NCBI GenBank assembly: GCA_965223415.1
Contig: OZ245002.1
Span: forward strand, 32,001 to 96,000
From: Myxococcota bacterium
Lineage (GTDB): Bacteria; Myxococcota_A; UBA9160; UBA6930
Direction of reading: 5' to 3'
Length of the DNA: 64,000 bases
Shown piece after piece: positions 11,301-19,913 of the stretch. Below the pieces are notes generated by a model. It saw nothing but the letters and a program-made list of their open reading frames with translations, searched no databases and had not been told where the DNA came from. The first letter of the stretch is position 1. Every line of letters begins with the position of its first letter. The position numbers were made by a program, and so were the translations under genes.

Positions 11301-12991
11301 GGGCGCTCGTTGATCGAGTCCATCGCCGGGTTCGACACCTGGGCGAAGAGCTGCTTGAAATAGCGATAGAGCATCTGCGGCCGGTCGGAGAGGCACGCCA
11401 GGGCCGCGTCCTCCCCCATCGAGCCGATCGGCCACTTGCCCTGCACCGCCATCGGCGCGAGCAGCACCTTCAGATCCTCGGTCGTGTAGCCGAACGCCTG
11501 CTGGAGGGCGAAGCGCCGCTCGGGATCCCGATGCTCCGGAGGCACCTCCGCCGCCGGCAGGTCGCTCAGGACGACGCGCTGGCGCTCGACCCAGTCGCGG
11601 TAGGGCTTGCGGGCGACGAACTCGCGCTTGAGCTCCTCGTCCTCGACGATGCGCCCCTCCTCGAGGTCGATCACGAAGATCTTGCCGGGATGGAGCCGCT
11701 CCTTCTTGAGCACGTTGGCCGGGTCGATGTCGACGACACCCACCTCGGAGGCCATCACCACCATGCCGTCCTTGGTGACGACGTAGCGCGAGGGGCGCAG
11801 GCCGTTGCGGTCGAGCACGGCGCCGATCTTGCGGCCATCGGTGAAGGCGACCGAAGCGGGCCCGTCCCAAGGCTCGAGCATCAGCGAGTGGTACTCGTAG
11901 AAGGCCCGGAGATCCGGATCCATGTCCTCCAGGTTCTCCCAGGCCTCCGGGATCATCATCAGGATCGCCTCGGGCAGCTCCCGGCCGGTCAGGCACAGGA
12001 ACTCGAGGGCGTTGTCGAAGCGCGCCGAGTCCGAGACGTCGCCCTCTCGCATGATCGGATAGAGCTTCTGGAGGTCGTCGCCGAAGAGCGCCGACTCCAT
12101 CGTGCCCTCACGGGCGCGCATCCAGTTCTGGTTGCCCTGGATGGTGTTGATCTCGCCGTTGTGGGCGAGGTAGCGGAAGGGGTGGGCGAGATCCCAGGTG
12201 CCGAGGGTGTTCGTGCTGTAGCGGGAGTGCACGAGGCAGAGGGCCGAGGTGAACTCCGGATCGACCACGTCGGGGAAGAACGCCTCGATCTGCCGCGAGA
12301 TCAGGAGCCCCGTGTAGACGATGGTCCGGCTCGAGAGGCTCGGCACGTAGAAGAAGGCGGAGGCCAGCTCCCGGGCCGTCTGCTTCTCGGCGAGGCGACG
12401 GATCACGTAGAGCTTGCGCTCGAAGGCGTCCTGGTCGGCGTGGCAGGAGCCCTCCGCCTGCACGAAGAGCTGGCGGATCCGCGGCAGACTCGTCCGTGCC
12501 TGGACCCCGACCGCCTGGGGATCGTGGGGAACGTCGCGCCAGCCGAGCACGGTCTGGCCTTCGCCGGCGACGATCTCCTCCAGGATGGCCTCCTGGCGCG
12601 CGGCCGCCGCGTCGTCCTGAGAGAGGAAGACCATCCCGACGGCGAAGCGCCCGGCCTCGGGAAGCGCGATGCCCTGGCCGTTGCACTCGCGGCGAAGGAA
12701 GGTATCCGGGATCTGGACCAGCAGGCCGGCGCCGTCCCCGGTCTCCGGATCACAGCCGCAGGCGCCCCGATGCTCGAGCTGAACGAGCACCTGGATGCCC
12801 TTCTGGACGAGGTCGTGGGACTTCTCGCCGCGAACGTTCGCCACGAAACCCACTCCGCACGCATCGTGCTCGTGGGCCGGGTCGTAGAGGCCTTGCTTGC
12901 GGGGGAGACCCGGGGCGATCCGAGGCTCGCGCGGCGACGGCCGAGGATCGGTCTTGGCGTTCCGCGGGGGCTGGCATCCCGGATCAGTCAT
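8387..12991 (-). CDS. gltB: glutamate synthase large subunit
   Basis: HDACGVGF N-terminal nucleophile, [33 protein letters not shown] 3Fe-4S motif. Confidence 0.98.
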
Positions 12992-13190
12992 CGGTTCACC
13001 CTGGTGTGGCGGGCGGACTCGTGACGCAGTGCGGCATCCTGGGATGGGGGGAGCGCTCGATGGCCGAAGCCGGGTTGGGGAGCGTGACGAGACACTCACC
13101 ACCGCCTGGATGCCCCGGCCCCTGGGGCCTTCGCAAAGCGGTGATAGAATGCCGGAAGTGCGCGAGAGTCCTGGTTTTTTGCGAGCCGGC

Positions 13191-13219
13191 AGCCTAAACG
13201 ATCGCCCCAGACGTGTCAA
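13191..13219 (-). promoter_or_regulatory. sigma70-type promoter of gltBD
   Basis: TTGACA-17nt-TAGGCT, about 190 nt upstream of the gltB ATG. Confidence 0.7.
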
Positions 13220-13250
13220 CAGAACTCGGGTGGGGGCATGACCCAACGCG

Positions 13251-13976
13251 TCAAAGCGGAGAGCCACCGGCGAGCACGGCCTGCAACCTGTCCGGGTGGT
13301 TGGTGAACAGGCCGTCGGCCCCCCAGCCGAGCAACGTCTCCATCCGCTTGGGGTCGTCGACGGTGAAGACGTAGACGGCGAGCCCGGCGTCGTGGGCCCG
13401 TTCGATCAGCACCCGGTCGACGAGGGCATCCTCGGGATTCACGGCCTCGGCCCCGAGCGAGGCCGCCCGCTCGGGCCAGCCGTCGGGAAAGCGTCGCGAG
13501 ATCAGGAGCGCCAGGCGCGCGTCGGCGGAGAGCGCCCGCAGCTCCCGCAGTACCGGGTCGTAGAAGGAGCTGAACAGGGTCTCGGCCATGAGGCCCCGGG
13601 AAGCCACCGCCCCCAGGGCCTGGGCCTCCAGGCCCGGGTACGGGCCGCGGGCGCCCTGCTTGATCTCCAGGTTGAAGGGGATGCGGGCGCCGAAGCCGTC
13701 GAGCACCTCGTCGAGCGTCGGCACCGATTCGCCTCCGCCGGCGTCCAGGCGGCGCACGTCGCCGAGCAGCGCGTCGGCGATTTCGCCTTCTCCGCCGAGA
13801 CCCGCGAGGTCCTCGTCGTGGGTGATCACCACGTGGCCGTCGCGGGTGCGGTGCAGGTCGATCTCGATGCAGTCGCTCCGCATCTCGATCGCCAGCTCGT
13901 AGGCGGCGAGGGTGTTCTCGGGCAGACGGCCCGAGGCGCCGCGGTGGGCGATCACGAGGGGCTTGCCGGGCTTCAC
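13251..13976 (-). CDS. glycerophosphodiester phosphodiesterase
   Basis: [39 protein letters not shown] overlap with glpK. Confidence 0.92.
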   Translation of the reverse strand: MKPGKPLVIAHRGASGRLPENTLAAYELAIEMRSDCIEIDLHRTRDGHVVITHDEDLAGLGGEGEIADALLGDVRRLDAGGGESVPTLDEVLDGFGARIPFNLEIKQGARGPYPGLEAQALGAVASRGLMAETLFSSFYDPVLRELRALSADARLALLISRRFPDGWPERAASLGAEAVNPEDALVDRVLIERAHDAGLAVYVFTVDDPKRMETLLGWGADGLFTNHPDRLQAVLAGGSPL

Positions 13977-15469
13977 GCGTCCGCCCAGTCCCGTGAGCGC
14001 TCCACCGCCCGCTTCCAGCCAGCGTAGAGGCTCTCGCGCCGGTCGGCGGACAGGCCCGGCTCGAAGGTCCGCGCACCGTCCAGGGTGACCGACTCCAGAA
14101 CACTGCGGTCGGACCAGAAGCCGGTGGCCAGGCCCGCCAGGGCTGCCGCGCCGAGGGCCGTCACCTCGAGCACCTTCGGCCTCCGGACGGGCACGCCGAG
14201 GACATCCGCCTGGAACTGCATCAGGAAATCGTTCTGGCAGGCACCGCCGTCGACCCGCAGGGCATCCAGCGGGAGCCCGGAATCGGCGCGCAGGCACTCG
14301 ACCACGTCCCGGCTCTGGTAGGCGATCGATTCGAGGGTGGCCCGGACCAGGTGCTCGCGGCTGGTGCCGCGGGTGAGTCCGACGATCGTTCCGCGGGCGC
14401 GCTCGTCCCAGTACGGTGCGCCGAGACCGGTGAAGGCCGGCACCAGGTAGACGCCTCCCGTGTCCGGGACCGAGCGCGCGGCCGCCTCGGTTTCCGCCGC
14501 GCTCGCCACCAGCCCGAGACCGTCGCGGAGCCACTGCACCGACGCGCCCGCTACGAAGATGCTGCCTTCGAGCGCGTAGCTCACCTGCCCGTCCAGGCCC
14601 CAGGCGATGGTAGTGACGAGACCGTTCTCGGAGACCGGTGCCTCGGCGCCGGTGTTCATCAACAGGAAGCAGCCCGTGCCGTAGGTGTTCTTGGCGCTGC
14701 CGGCGGCGAAGCAGCTCTGGCCGAAGAGCGCGGCCTGCTGATCGCCGGCGATGCCCGCCACGGGGAGGGGCGCGCCCAGCCACTCCGCGTCGGCCTCGCC
14801 GAAGACGCCGCTCGAGTCGCGTACCTCCGGAAGCAGAGCCCGCGGCAGCCGGAGCGCCTCGAGCAGGGTGTCGTCCCAGCCCCGGTCGCGGATGGCGTAG
14901 ACCATCGTGCGCGACGCGTTCGAGTACTCGGTGGCGTGGACCGCGCCCTTCGTGAGCTTCCAGAGCAGCCAGGTATCGACCGTGCCGAAGGCCAGCTCGC
15001 CGCGCTCGGCCCGGGCCTGGGCGCCCTCCACCGCGTCGAGGATGAAGCGCACCTTCGTGGCCGAGAAATAGGCGTCGATCACCAGGCCCGTGCGGCGCCG
15101 CACCTCGTCTTCGAGGCCGCGGCTGCGCAGCTCCTCGCAGATCGGCGCCGTCTGGCGGGACTGCCAGACGATCGCGGGGTGGATCGGCTCATCGGTGGCC
15201 CGGTCCCAGACGAGGGCCGTCTCGCGCTGGTTCGTGATCCCGATGGCGGCCACGTCGGCGGCGGTGGCGCCGGCCTTGGCCAGCACACCGCGTGCCGCGC
15301 GGAGCTGGCTCGACCAGATCTCCTCCGGGTCGTGCTCCACCCAGCCCGGCTTCGGGAAGTGCTGGGTGAACTCGTGCTGGTCGACCGCGGAGACGGCGCC
15401 TGCGCCGTCGAAGAGGATCGCGCGCGACGACGTGGTGCCCTGGTCGAGGGCGAGGACGAAGCGGGCCAT
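13973..15469 (-). CDS. glpK: glycerol kinase
   Basis: [38 protein letters not shown]. Confidence 0.97.
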   Translation of the reverse strand: MARFVLALDQGTTSSRAILFDGAGAVSAVDQHEFTQHFPKPGWVEHDPEEIWSSQLRAARGVLAKAGATAADVAAIGITNQRETALVWDRATDEPIHPAIVWQSRQTAPICEELRSRGLEDEVRRRTGLVIDAYFSATKVRFILDAVEGAQARAERGELAFGTVDTWLLWKLTKGAVHATEYSNASRTMVYAIRDRGWDDTLLEALRLPRALLPEVRDSSGVFGEADAEWLGAPLPVAGIAGDQQAALFGQSCFAAGSAKNTYGTGCFLLMNTGAEAPVSENGLVTTIAWGLDGQVSYALEGSIFVAGASVQWLRDGLGLVASAAETEAAARSVPDTGGVYLVPAFTGLGAPYWDERARGTIVGLTRGTSREHLVRATLESIAYQSRDVVECLRADSGLPLDALRVDGGACQNDFLMQFQADVLGVPVRRPKVLEVTALGAAALAGLATGFWSDRSVLESVTLDGARTFEPGLSADRRESLYAGWKRAVERSRDWADA

Positions 15470-15491
15470 GACCGGATCTCCTCCCTGCGGC

Positions 15492-16727
15492 TCAGCCGAA
15501 GAGCGCCTCGACGAACTCGTCGGCCGAGAAGTCGCGCAGGTCGTCCGCGCCCTCGCCCACGCCGACGAAGCGCACCGGGATCGCAAACTCCTCGGCCAGG
15601 CCGACGATCACACCGCCCTTGGCGGTGCCGTCGAGCTTGGTCAGCACGAGGCCGGTGACCGGTGCGGCCTGGGTGAACTCCCGGGCCTGGGAGATGGCGT
15701 TCTGACCGGTGTTGGCGTCGAGCACGAGCAACGTCTCGTGGGGTGCCTCGGGCAGCTCCTTGGCGATCACCCGCGCGATCTTCGCCAGCTCCTCCATGAG
15801 CGGCGCCTTGGTCTGGAGCCTTCCGGCGGTGTCGATGAGGGCGACCTCGACGCCGCGGGCACGGGCCGCCTTCACCGTGTCGAAGGCGACGGCGGCCGGA
15901 TCGCCGCCGTCGGCGCCGGTCACGACGTCGCAGCCCACCCGCTCGCCCCAGGTCTGGAGCTGCTCCCGGGCGGCGGCCCGAAAGGTGTCGCCGGCGCCCA
16001 GGATCACGCTGTGGCCGAGTGCCCGGTAGCGCGCCGCGAGCTTGCCGATGGTCGTCGTCTTGCCCGAGCCGTTCACGCCGAGCACGAGCACGACGTGGGG
16101 AGAGCCGGCGACGCGGGGACCCGGCTCCTCGGGCTCCACGCCCGACAGGCGGGAGGAGATGCCTTCGCGAAGGATCTCGCGCACCCGCTCCGGCGGCTCG
16201 CCGCGAGCGCTGCTGCGCACCTGCTCGAGCAGGCCCTCGGCGGTCTTGACGCCCAGGTCGGCGGTGAACAGCAACGCCTCCAGCTCCTCGAGCAGCCCGT
16301 CGTCGACGGTGCTGCCGCCCAGGAGACCGCCGAGACGACCGACCAGCGCCTCCTGGGTGCGGGCGAGCCGCTCGCGCAGGGAGATGCGAGCGGACTCGGG
16401 GGCTCGCTCCCGAACGGGAGCCGGCTCGGGCTCGGCGACCGACTCGGGAGCCGCAGCGGTGACCGACTCGGGAGCCGCAGCGGCGACGGGCTCCGGTGCG
16501 GGGGCGACCTCCGCCGCGGTCGGCGCCGGCCGCTCCTCCGGCAGCGGCTCCGCCGCGGGAGCCGGCGGCTCGACCTGCGGCGGCGCCTCGAGAGCCGCCG
16601 CCTCCGGCGTCTCGCCCCGGAGCAGCCCCCAGATCAGGAACGGCAGCGGCACCGCAAAGGCCATCAGCGGAAGCCAGCCCGCCCAGGCGGTTGCCCAGAC
16701 TCCGAAGGAGTGCAGCAGCTCTTGCAT
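15492..16727 (-). CDS. ftsY: signal recognition particle receptor FtsY
   Basis: [32 protein letters not shown]; hydrophobic N-terminus and acidic Pro/Ala linker. Confidence 0.96.
   Translation of the reverse strand: MQELLHSFGVWATAWAGWLPLMAFAVPLPFLIWGLLRGETPEAAALEAPPQVEPPAPAAEPLPEERPAPTAAEVAPAPEPVAAAAPESVTAAAPESVAEPEPAPVRERAPESARISLRERLARTQEALVGRLGGLLGGSTVDDGLLEELEALLFTADLGVKTAEGLLEQVRSSARGEPPERVREILREGISSRLSGVEPEEPGPRVAGSPHVVLVLGVNGSGKTTTIGKLAARYRALGHSVILGAGDTFRAAAREQLQTWGERVGCDVVTGADGGDPAAVAFDTVKAARARGVEVALIDTAGRLQTKAPLMEELAKIARVIAKELPEAPHETLLVLDANTGQNAISQAREFTQAAPVTGLVLTKLDGTAKGGVIVGLAEEFAIPVRFVGVGEGADDLRDFSADEFVEALFG
16437..16484. repeat. 2 x 24-nt tandem repeat in the ftsY linker
   Basis: gaccgactcgggagccgcagcgg(t/c) twice; encodes (A/T)AAAPESV. 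Confidence 0.85.
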
Positions 16728-16758
16728 GGGGCGCGGAGGATAACAACCCCGCCCCGGT

Positions 16759-17220
16759 CTAGGTCAGCGCCTCCAGGGCCTGGAGCGCCTCCCGCGCGTG
16801 GTGGGAGATGTCGAGCTCGGCGGTGATCACGCGCCGCACGATCCCGTCGCGGTCGATCACCACGGTGGCGCGCTTGTTCGGCAGCCACCCTCCGGCCCGC
16901 GCGAAGCCGTAGGCCTTCGCGATCCGGCCCTCCGCATCGCTGAGGAGCGGGTACGGCAGCTCCAGGGCCTCGGCGAAGGACGCGTGACGATCCTCATCGT
17001 CGTTGCTGACGCCGACGACCTCGGCGCCGAGCGCGGTGAACTCCGGATAGCGTCCCCGGAAGTCCCGCGCCTCGATCGTTCAGCCAGGCGTGAAGTCCTT
17101 CACGTAGAAGAAGAGCACGACCGGCTGCTGGCCCACGAAGTCGTCGAGGGAGAGGGTGCCACCCGTTGAGGTTCGGCCCTCGAAGACCGGCGCCCTGGCG
17201 CCTTCGGCGAGGGTGGCCAC
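16759..17220 (-). CDS. bcp: BCP/PrxQ peroxiredoxin with an in-frame TGA (probable selenocysteine) at the peroxidatic position
   Basis: MATLAEGARAP...VVLFFYVKDFTPG-TGA-TIEARDFR...EVVGVS...LPYPLLSDAEGRIAKAYG...KRATVVIDRDGIVR; 153 aa, TGA is codon 47 (17080-17082); split by the ORF track. Confidence 0.88.
17029..17073 (-). promoter_or_regulatory. putative bacterial SECIS hairpin
   Basis: GAGGCGCGGGACTTCCGG-GGACGCTAT-CCGGAGTTCACCGCGCTC; starts 6 nt after the TGA, has a bulged U, apical loop begins with G 24 nt from the UGA. Confidence 0.6.
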
Positions 17221-17222
17221 CG

Positions 17223-17822
17223 CTAGCTGGCCTCGCGCTCGCGCTCCCAGCAGTAGACACGCATGGGGGGCACGTTGCGCAGCTCGGTCTGGACGCGGGC
17301 ACGACCGAAGACACGACGCCCGAGGGTGTGGACCTTGTCGCGCACCTGGTAGGCCACGAAGCGCCCCCCCGGTACCAGACTGGCGTGGACCTCTTCGACG
17401 ATCGCGGTGCCCAGGGCGGGAGGCATCGTGGAGAACGGAATGCCTGAGATGATTGCGTCCGCGGCCGCGAAGCCGTGCTTCGCGAGGGCCGAGCGGATGT
17501 CCGCGGCGCTGCCTTCGTGAACGCGAAGCCTGGGGTCGCGCAGATCCCGCTCGAGCACCTTCACGAAGTCCGGATTGATCTCGATCGCGATCAGCGTCGC
17601 ATCGGCCGGCAGCGCCCGAAGCAGCGCGCGGGTCGAGCCCCCGGTGCCCGGCCCCAGCTCCACCACCACCCGCGCCTGCGCGAGCCCGGCCGCGCGCACG
17701 ACCCGCCTCTCGAGGAAGCGCGAGCTCGGGATCACCGACCCCACTTCCTTCGGACGGTCGAGGAACCCGCGGAAGAAGTCGACGGGTCGGTCCTGGCGCA
17801 CGGCCTTCAGTCGCTGCAGCAC
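17223..17822 (-). CDS. phospholipid N-methyltransferase-like SAM-dependent methyltransferase
   Basis: FLDRPKEVGSVIPSS, VVELGPGTG, IISGIPF, NVPP; GTG start after AGGAG. Confidence 0.8.
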   Translation of the reverse strand: MLQRLKAVRQDRPVDFFRGFLDRPKEVGSVIPSSRFLERRVVRAAGLAQARVVVELGPGTGGSTRALLRALPADATLIAIEINPDFVKVLERDLRDPRLRVHEGSAADIRSALAKHGFAAADAIISGIPFSTMPPALGTAIVEEVHASLVPGGRFVAYQVRDKVHTLGRRVFGRARVQTELRNVPPMRVYCWEREREAS

Positions 17823-17934
17823 GGGGGGACTCCTGGTCAGTCGGCGCGCGCATGCTAGCAATGCCCTTCGGAACCGTCCGCGTGGGCGATTCCCTCCGTG
17901 CCAACCCGCCCCAATCGTCAACGAGAGGCCCGCC

Positions 17935-18378
17935 ATGTCCGCCGAAACGCTGTTCCTCGTCTGCAACAACGGGGTCCTCCCCGCCTGGCTTCTGCTTGCC
18001 CTCGCCCCTCGGTGGACATGGACCGAGCGCATGGTCCACGCCATCTGGATCCCCGGCCTCCTGGCCGTCGCCTACGGCTTCGCCATCGTCCAGGGCCTGG
18101 CGGGCGGCCCGGAAGAGGCCAGCTTCACGAGCCTCCCGGGCGTGATGGCTCTCTTCACCGAGCCCTGGGCCGCCCTCGGTGGCTGGATCCACTACCTGGC
18201 GTTCGACTTGTTCGTCGGCGCGTGGGAGGTGCGGGATGCACGGCGTCGGGGAATCGCCCAGGGGTGGGTCGTGCCTTGCCTGGTGCTGACGTTGATGCTC
18301 GGGCCGCTGGGGTTGCTGGGGTACTTCGGCGTGCGGTTCGGGGTTGGGCGGGAGGTCTCTCTGGAAGAGGGGCGGTAG
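17935..18378 (+). CDS. ABA4-like (DUF4281) membrane protein
   Basis: PAWLLLALAPRW, GWIHYLAFDLFVGAW, LTLMLGPLGLL. Confidence 0.85.
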   Translation: MSAETLFLVCNNGVLPAWLLLALAPRWTWTERMVHAIWIPGLLAVAYGFAIVQGLAGGPEEASFTSLPGVMALFTEPWAALGGWIHYLAFDLFVGAWEVRDARRRGIAQGWVVPCLVLTLMLGPLGLLGYFGVRFGVGREVSLEEGR

Positions 18379-18393
18379 GACGTTGGGTTTCGG

Positions 18394-18991
18394 TCGATCG
18401 GGTCGGGTCGGCGGTGCCGGCTTGGGTTCGGTTCGGACTGGGGGCGGCCGTGGAGGTGCCGGCTGCCTTCTTGCCTGTGGGCGCGGAGGGAGCGCGCCGC
18501 CTCGGGCGCGGGGTTTGGCCCGCCGTGCTTCGAGAGGGAATCGCCTTGGGGACCGCGCGGAGTGCGGCCCCCGTCGCGCTTTCCCTGCCACGTCACCCTG
18601 AAGGTGCGCGAGGGCGTGCCTTCCCTGCGGAGCGTGGCGCTCGTCCGGGAGCTCGAGCGGTCGTTCGCGAAGGCCTGCGAGCGCGGGGACTTCCGGCTCG
18701 CCCACGACGCGATCCAGGGCAACCGCGTCCATCTGATCGTCGAAGCCAAGGACGTGGAGGCTCTGGGGCGGGGGATGAAGGCCCTCGGGTCCCGGCTGGC
18801 GCGGGCCGTCACCTCGTCGTCCTCCGGTCTCCGACGCAGGTGCGGAATGCCATCCGCTGCGTGCTCCTGAACGCCCGGCGGCACCTGCGGCGAACGACCG
18901 GGGCCGTGCGCCCATCCCAGGCCGAGCCTGACCGGACCCCCGGATCCCCGAGCCGAACCCAAGGCGCAGGTTGCCGACCCCGCTCGGTCGA
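18394..18991. mobile_element. degenerate HUH-transposase element bounded by ~55-bp imperfect inverted repeats
   Basis: 18394-18444 matches the reverse complement of 18937-18991 (core CTTGGGTTCGGTTCGG 18421-18436 vs CCGAGCCGAACCCAAG 18948-18963, 1 mismatch). Confidence 0.6.
18562..18890 (+). pseudogene. REP-associated tyrosine transposase (RAYT/Y1 HUH) remnant
   Basis: RFPCHVTLKV..PSLR..FRLAHDAIQGNRVHLIVEA..ALGRGMK, then a frameshift near 18810 to HLVVLRSPTQVRNAIRCVLLNARRH; the HUH His and the catalytic Tyr appear substituted. Confidence 0.75.
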
Positions 18992-18998
18992 ACGCGGC

Positions 18999-19886
18999 TC
19001 AGCCCTGCAGCGCCGCGCCGAGCGCCTCGTTGAAGATCCGGAAGGCCTGGGCTGCGGTGCGCGGATCCCTCGGGTCGGCGCCGTGGGGGGCGCCGGGGGC
19101 GTTGTAGAGCTCGACGTCGATGCCTGCGGCCATGAGGCGCATCGCGTACTGGATGCCCTCGTCCCGGAGGGGATCGAGCCCGTTGGTCTGGATGGTCGCG
19201 GGCGGGAGGCCGGAGAGGTCCTCGGCGCGGGCGGGGGCCGCGTACGGGGAGGTCTTCTCGCGGTCGGCGTGCTCACCCAGGTAGTGCAGCCACATCCCGA
19301 TCGCTTCGCGGCCCGAGAAGCCGAGGCCGGGCTCGGCCTGGGCGTGGGAGGGCTGGCCCAGGCGGTCGTCGAGCACCGGGATCATGAGGCCCTGATGGGC
19401 GATGGGCGGGCCCCGGCGGTCGCGGCTCATCAGGCACAGGGCGGCTGCAAGTGCGCCGCCCGCGCTGCCGCCGGTGACGACGAGGCGGGAGGGATCGGCG
19501 CCGAGCGCCTCGCCGTTCGCGGCCGCCCACTCGAGGGCGGCATAGCAATCCTCGGGCGCGGCGGGGAACGGGTGCTCGGGCGCGAGCCGGTAGTCGACGC
19601 TCACCACCACGCACCCGAGATCGAGCGCCCACCCCGCCTCGAGGCCCTCGAAGTTCTCCGGGTGGAGGATGCAGAAGCCGCCGCCGTGTGCGTGGAGCAG
19701 CACCGGGAGGTCGTTCGCGGCGCCCCGGGGCCGGCGCACGACGAGGCGCACGTCGGGGGCGCCGTCGGGACCGGGAACGAAGCGCTCCTCGCTATCGAGG
19801 GCCGCACGCTGCGCGTCCGACATCGGGATGCGGATCTCGTCGATCGCGTCCCGGTCGATGGGCCAGTAGTCGTGGGCGCGGGGCAT
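18999..19886 (-). CDS. HSL-family esterase/lipase (alpha/beta hydrolase fold 3)
   Basis: HGGGF, VDYRLAPEHPFPA, GGSAGG, DPLRDEG, HG. Confidence 0.92.
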   Translation of the reverse strand: MPRAHDYWPIDRDAIDEIRIPMSDAQRAALDSEERFVPGPDGAPDVRLVVRRPRGAANDLPVLLHAHGGGFCILHPENFEGLEAGWALDLGCVVVSVDYRLAPEHPFPAAPEDCYAALEWAAANGEALGADPSRLVVTGGSAGGALAAALCLMSRDRRGPPIAHQGLMIPVLDDRLGQPSHAQAEPGLGFSGREAIGMWLHYLGEHADREKTSPYAAPARAEDLSGLPPATIQTNGLDPLRDEGIQYAMRLMAAGIDVELYNAPGAPHGADPRDPRTAAQAFRIFNEALGAALQG

Positions 19887-19913
19887 CGCGGCGGCGCTTC
19901 CTCACTCGCGCCC

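Noticed and set aside
17080..18915. 611-aa ORF ending at FYVKDFTPG
   Set aside because: Only its last 46 codons are real (the bcp N-terminus). The rest overlaps other genes, and its stop is the probable Sec codon.
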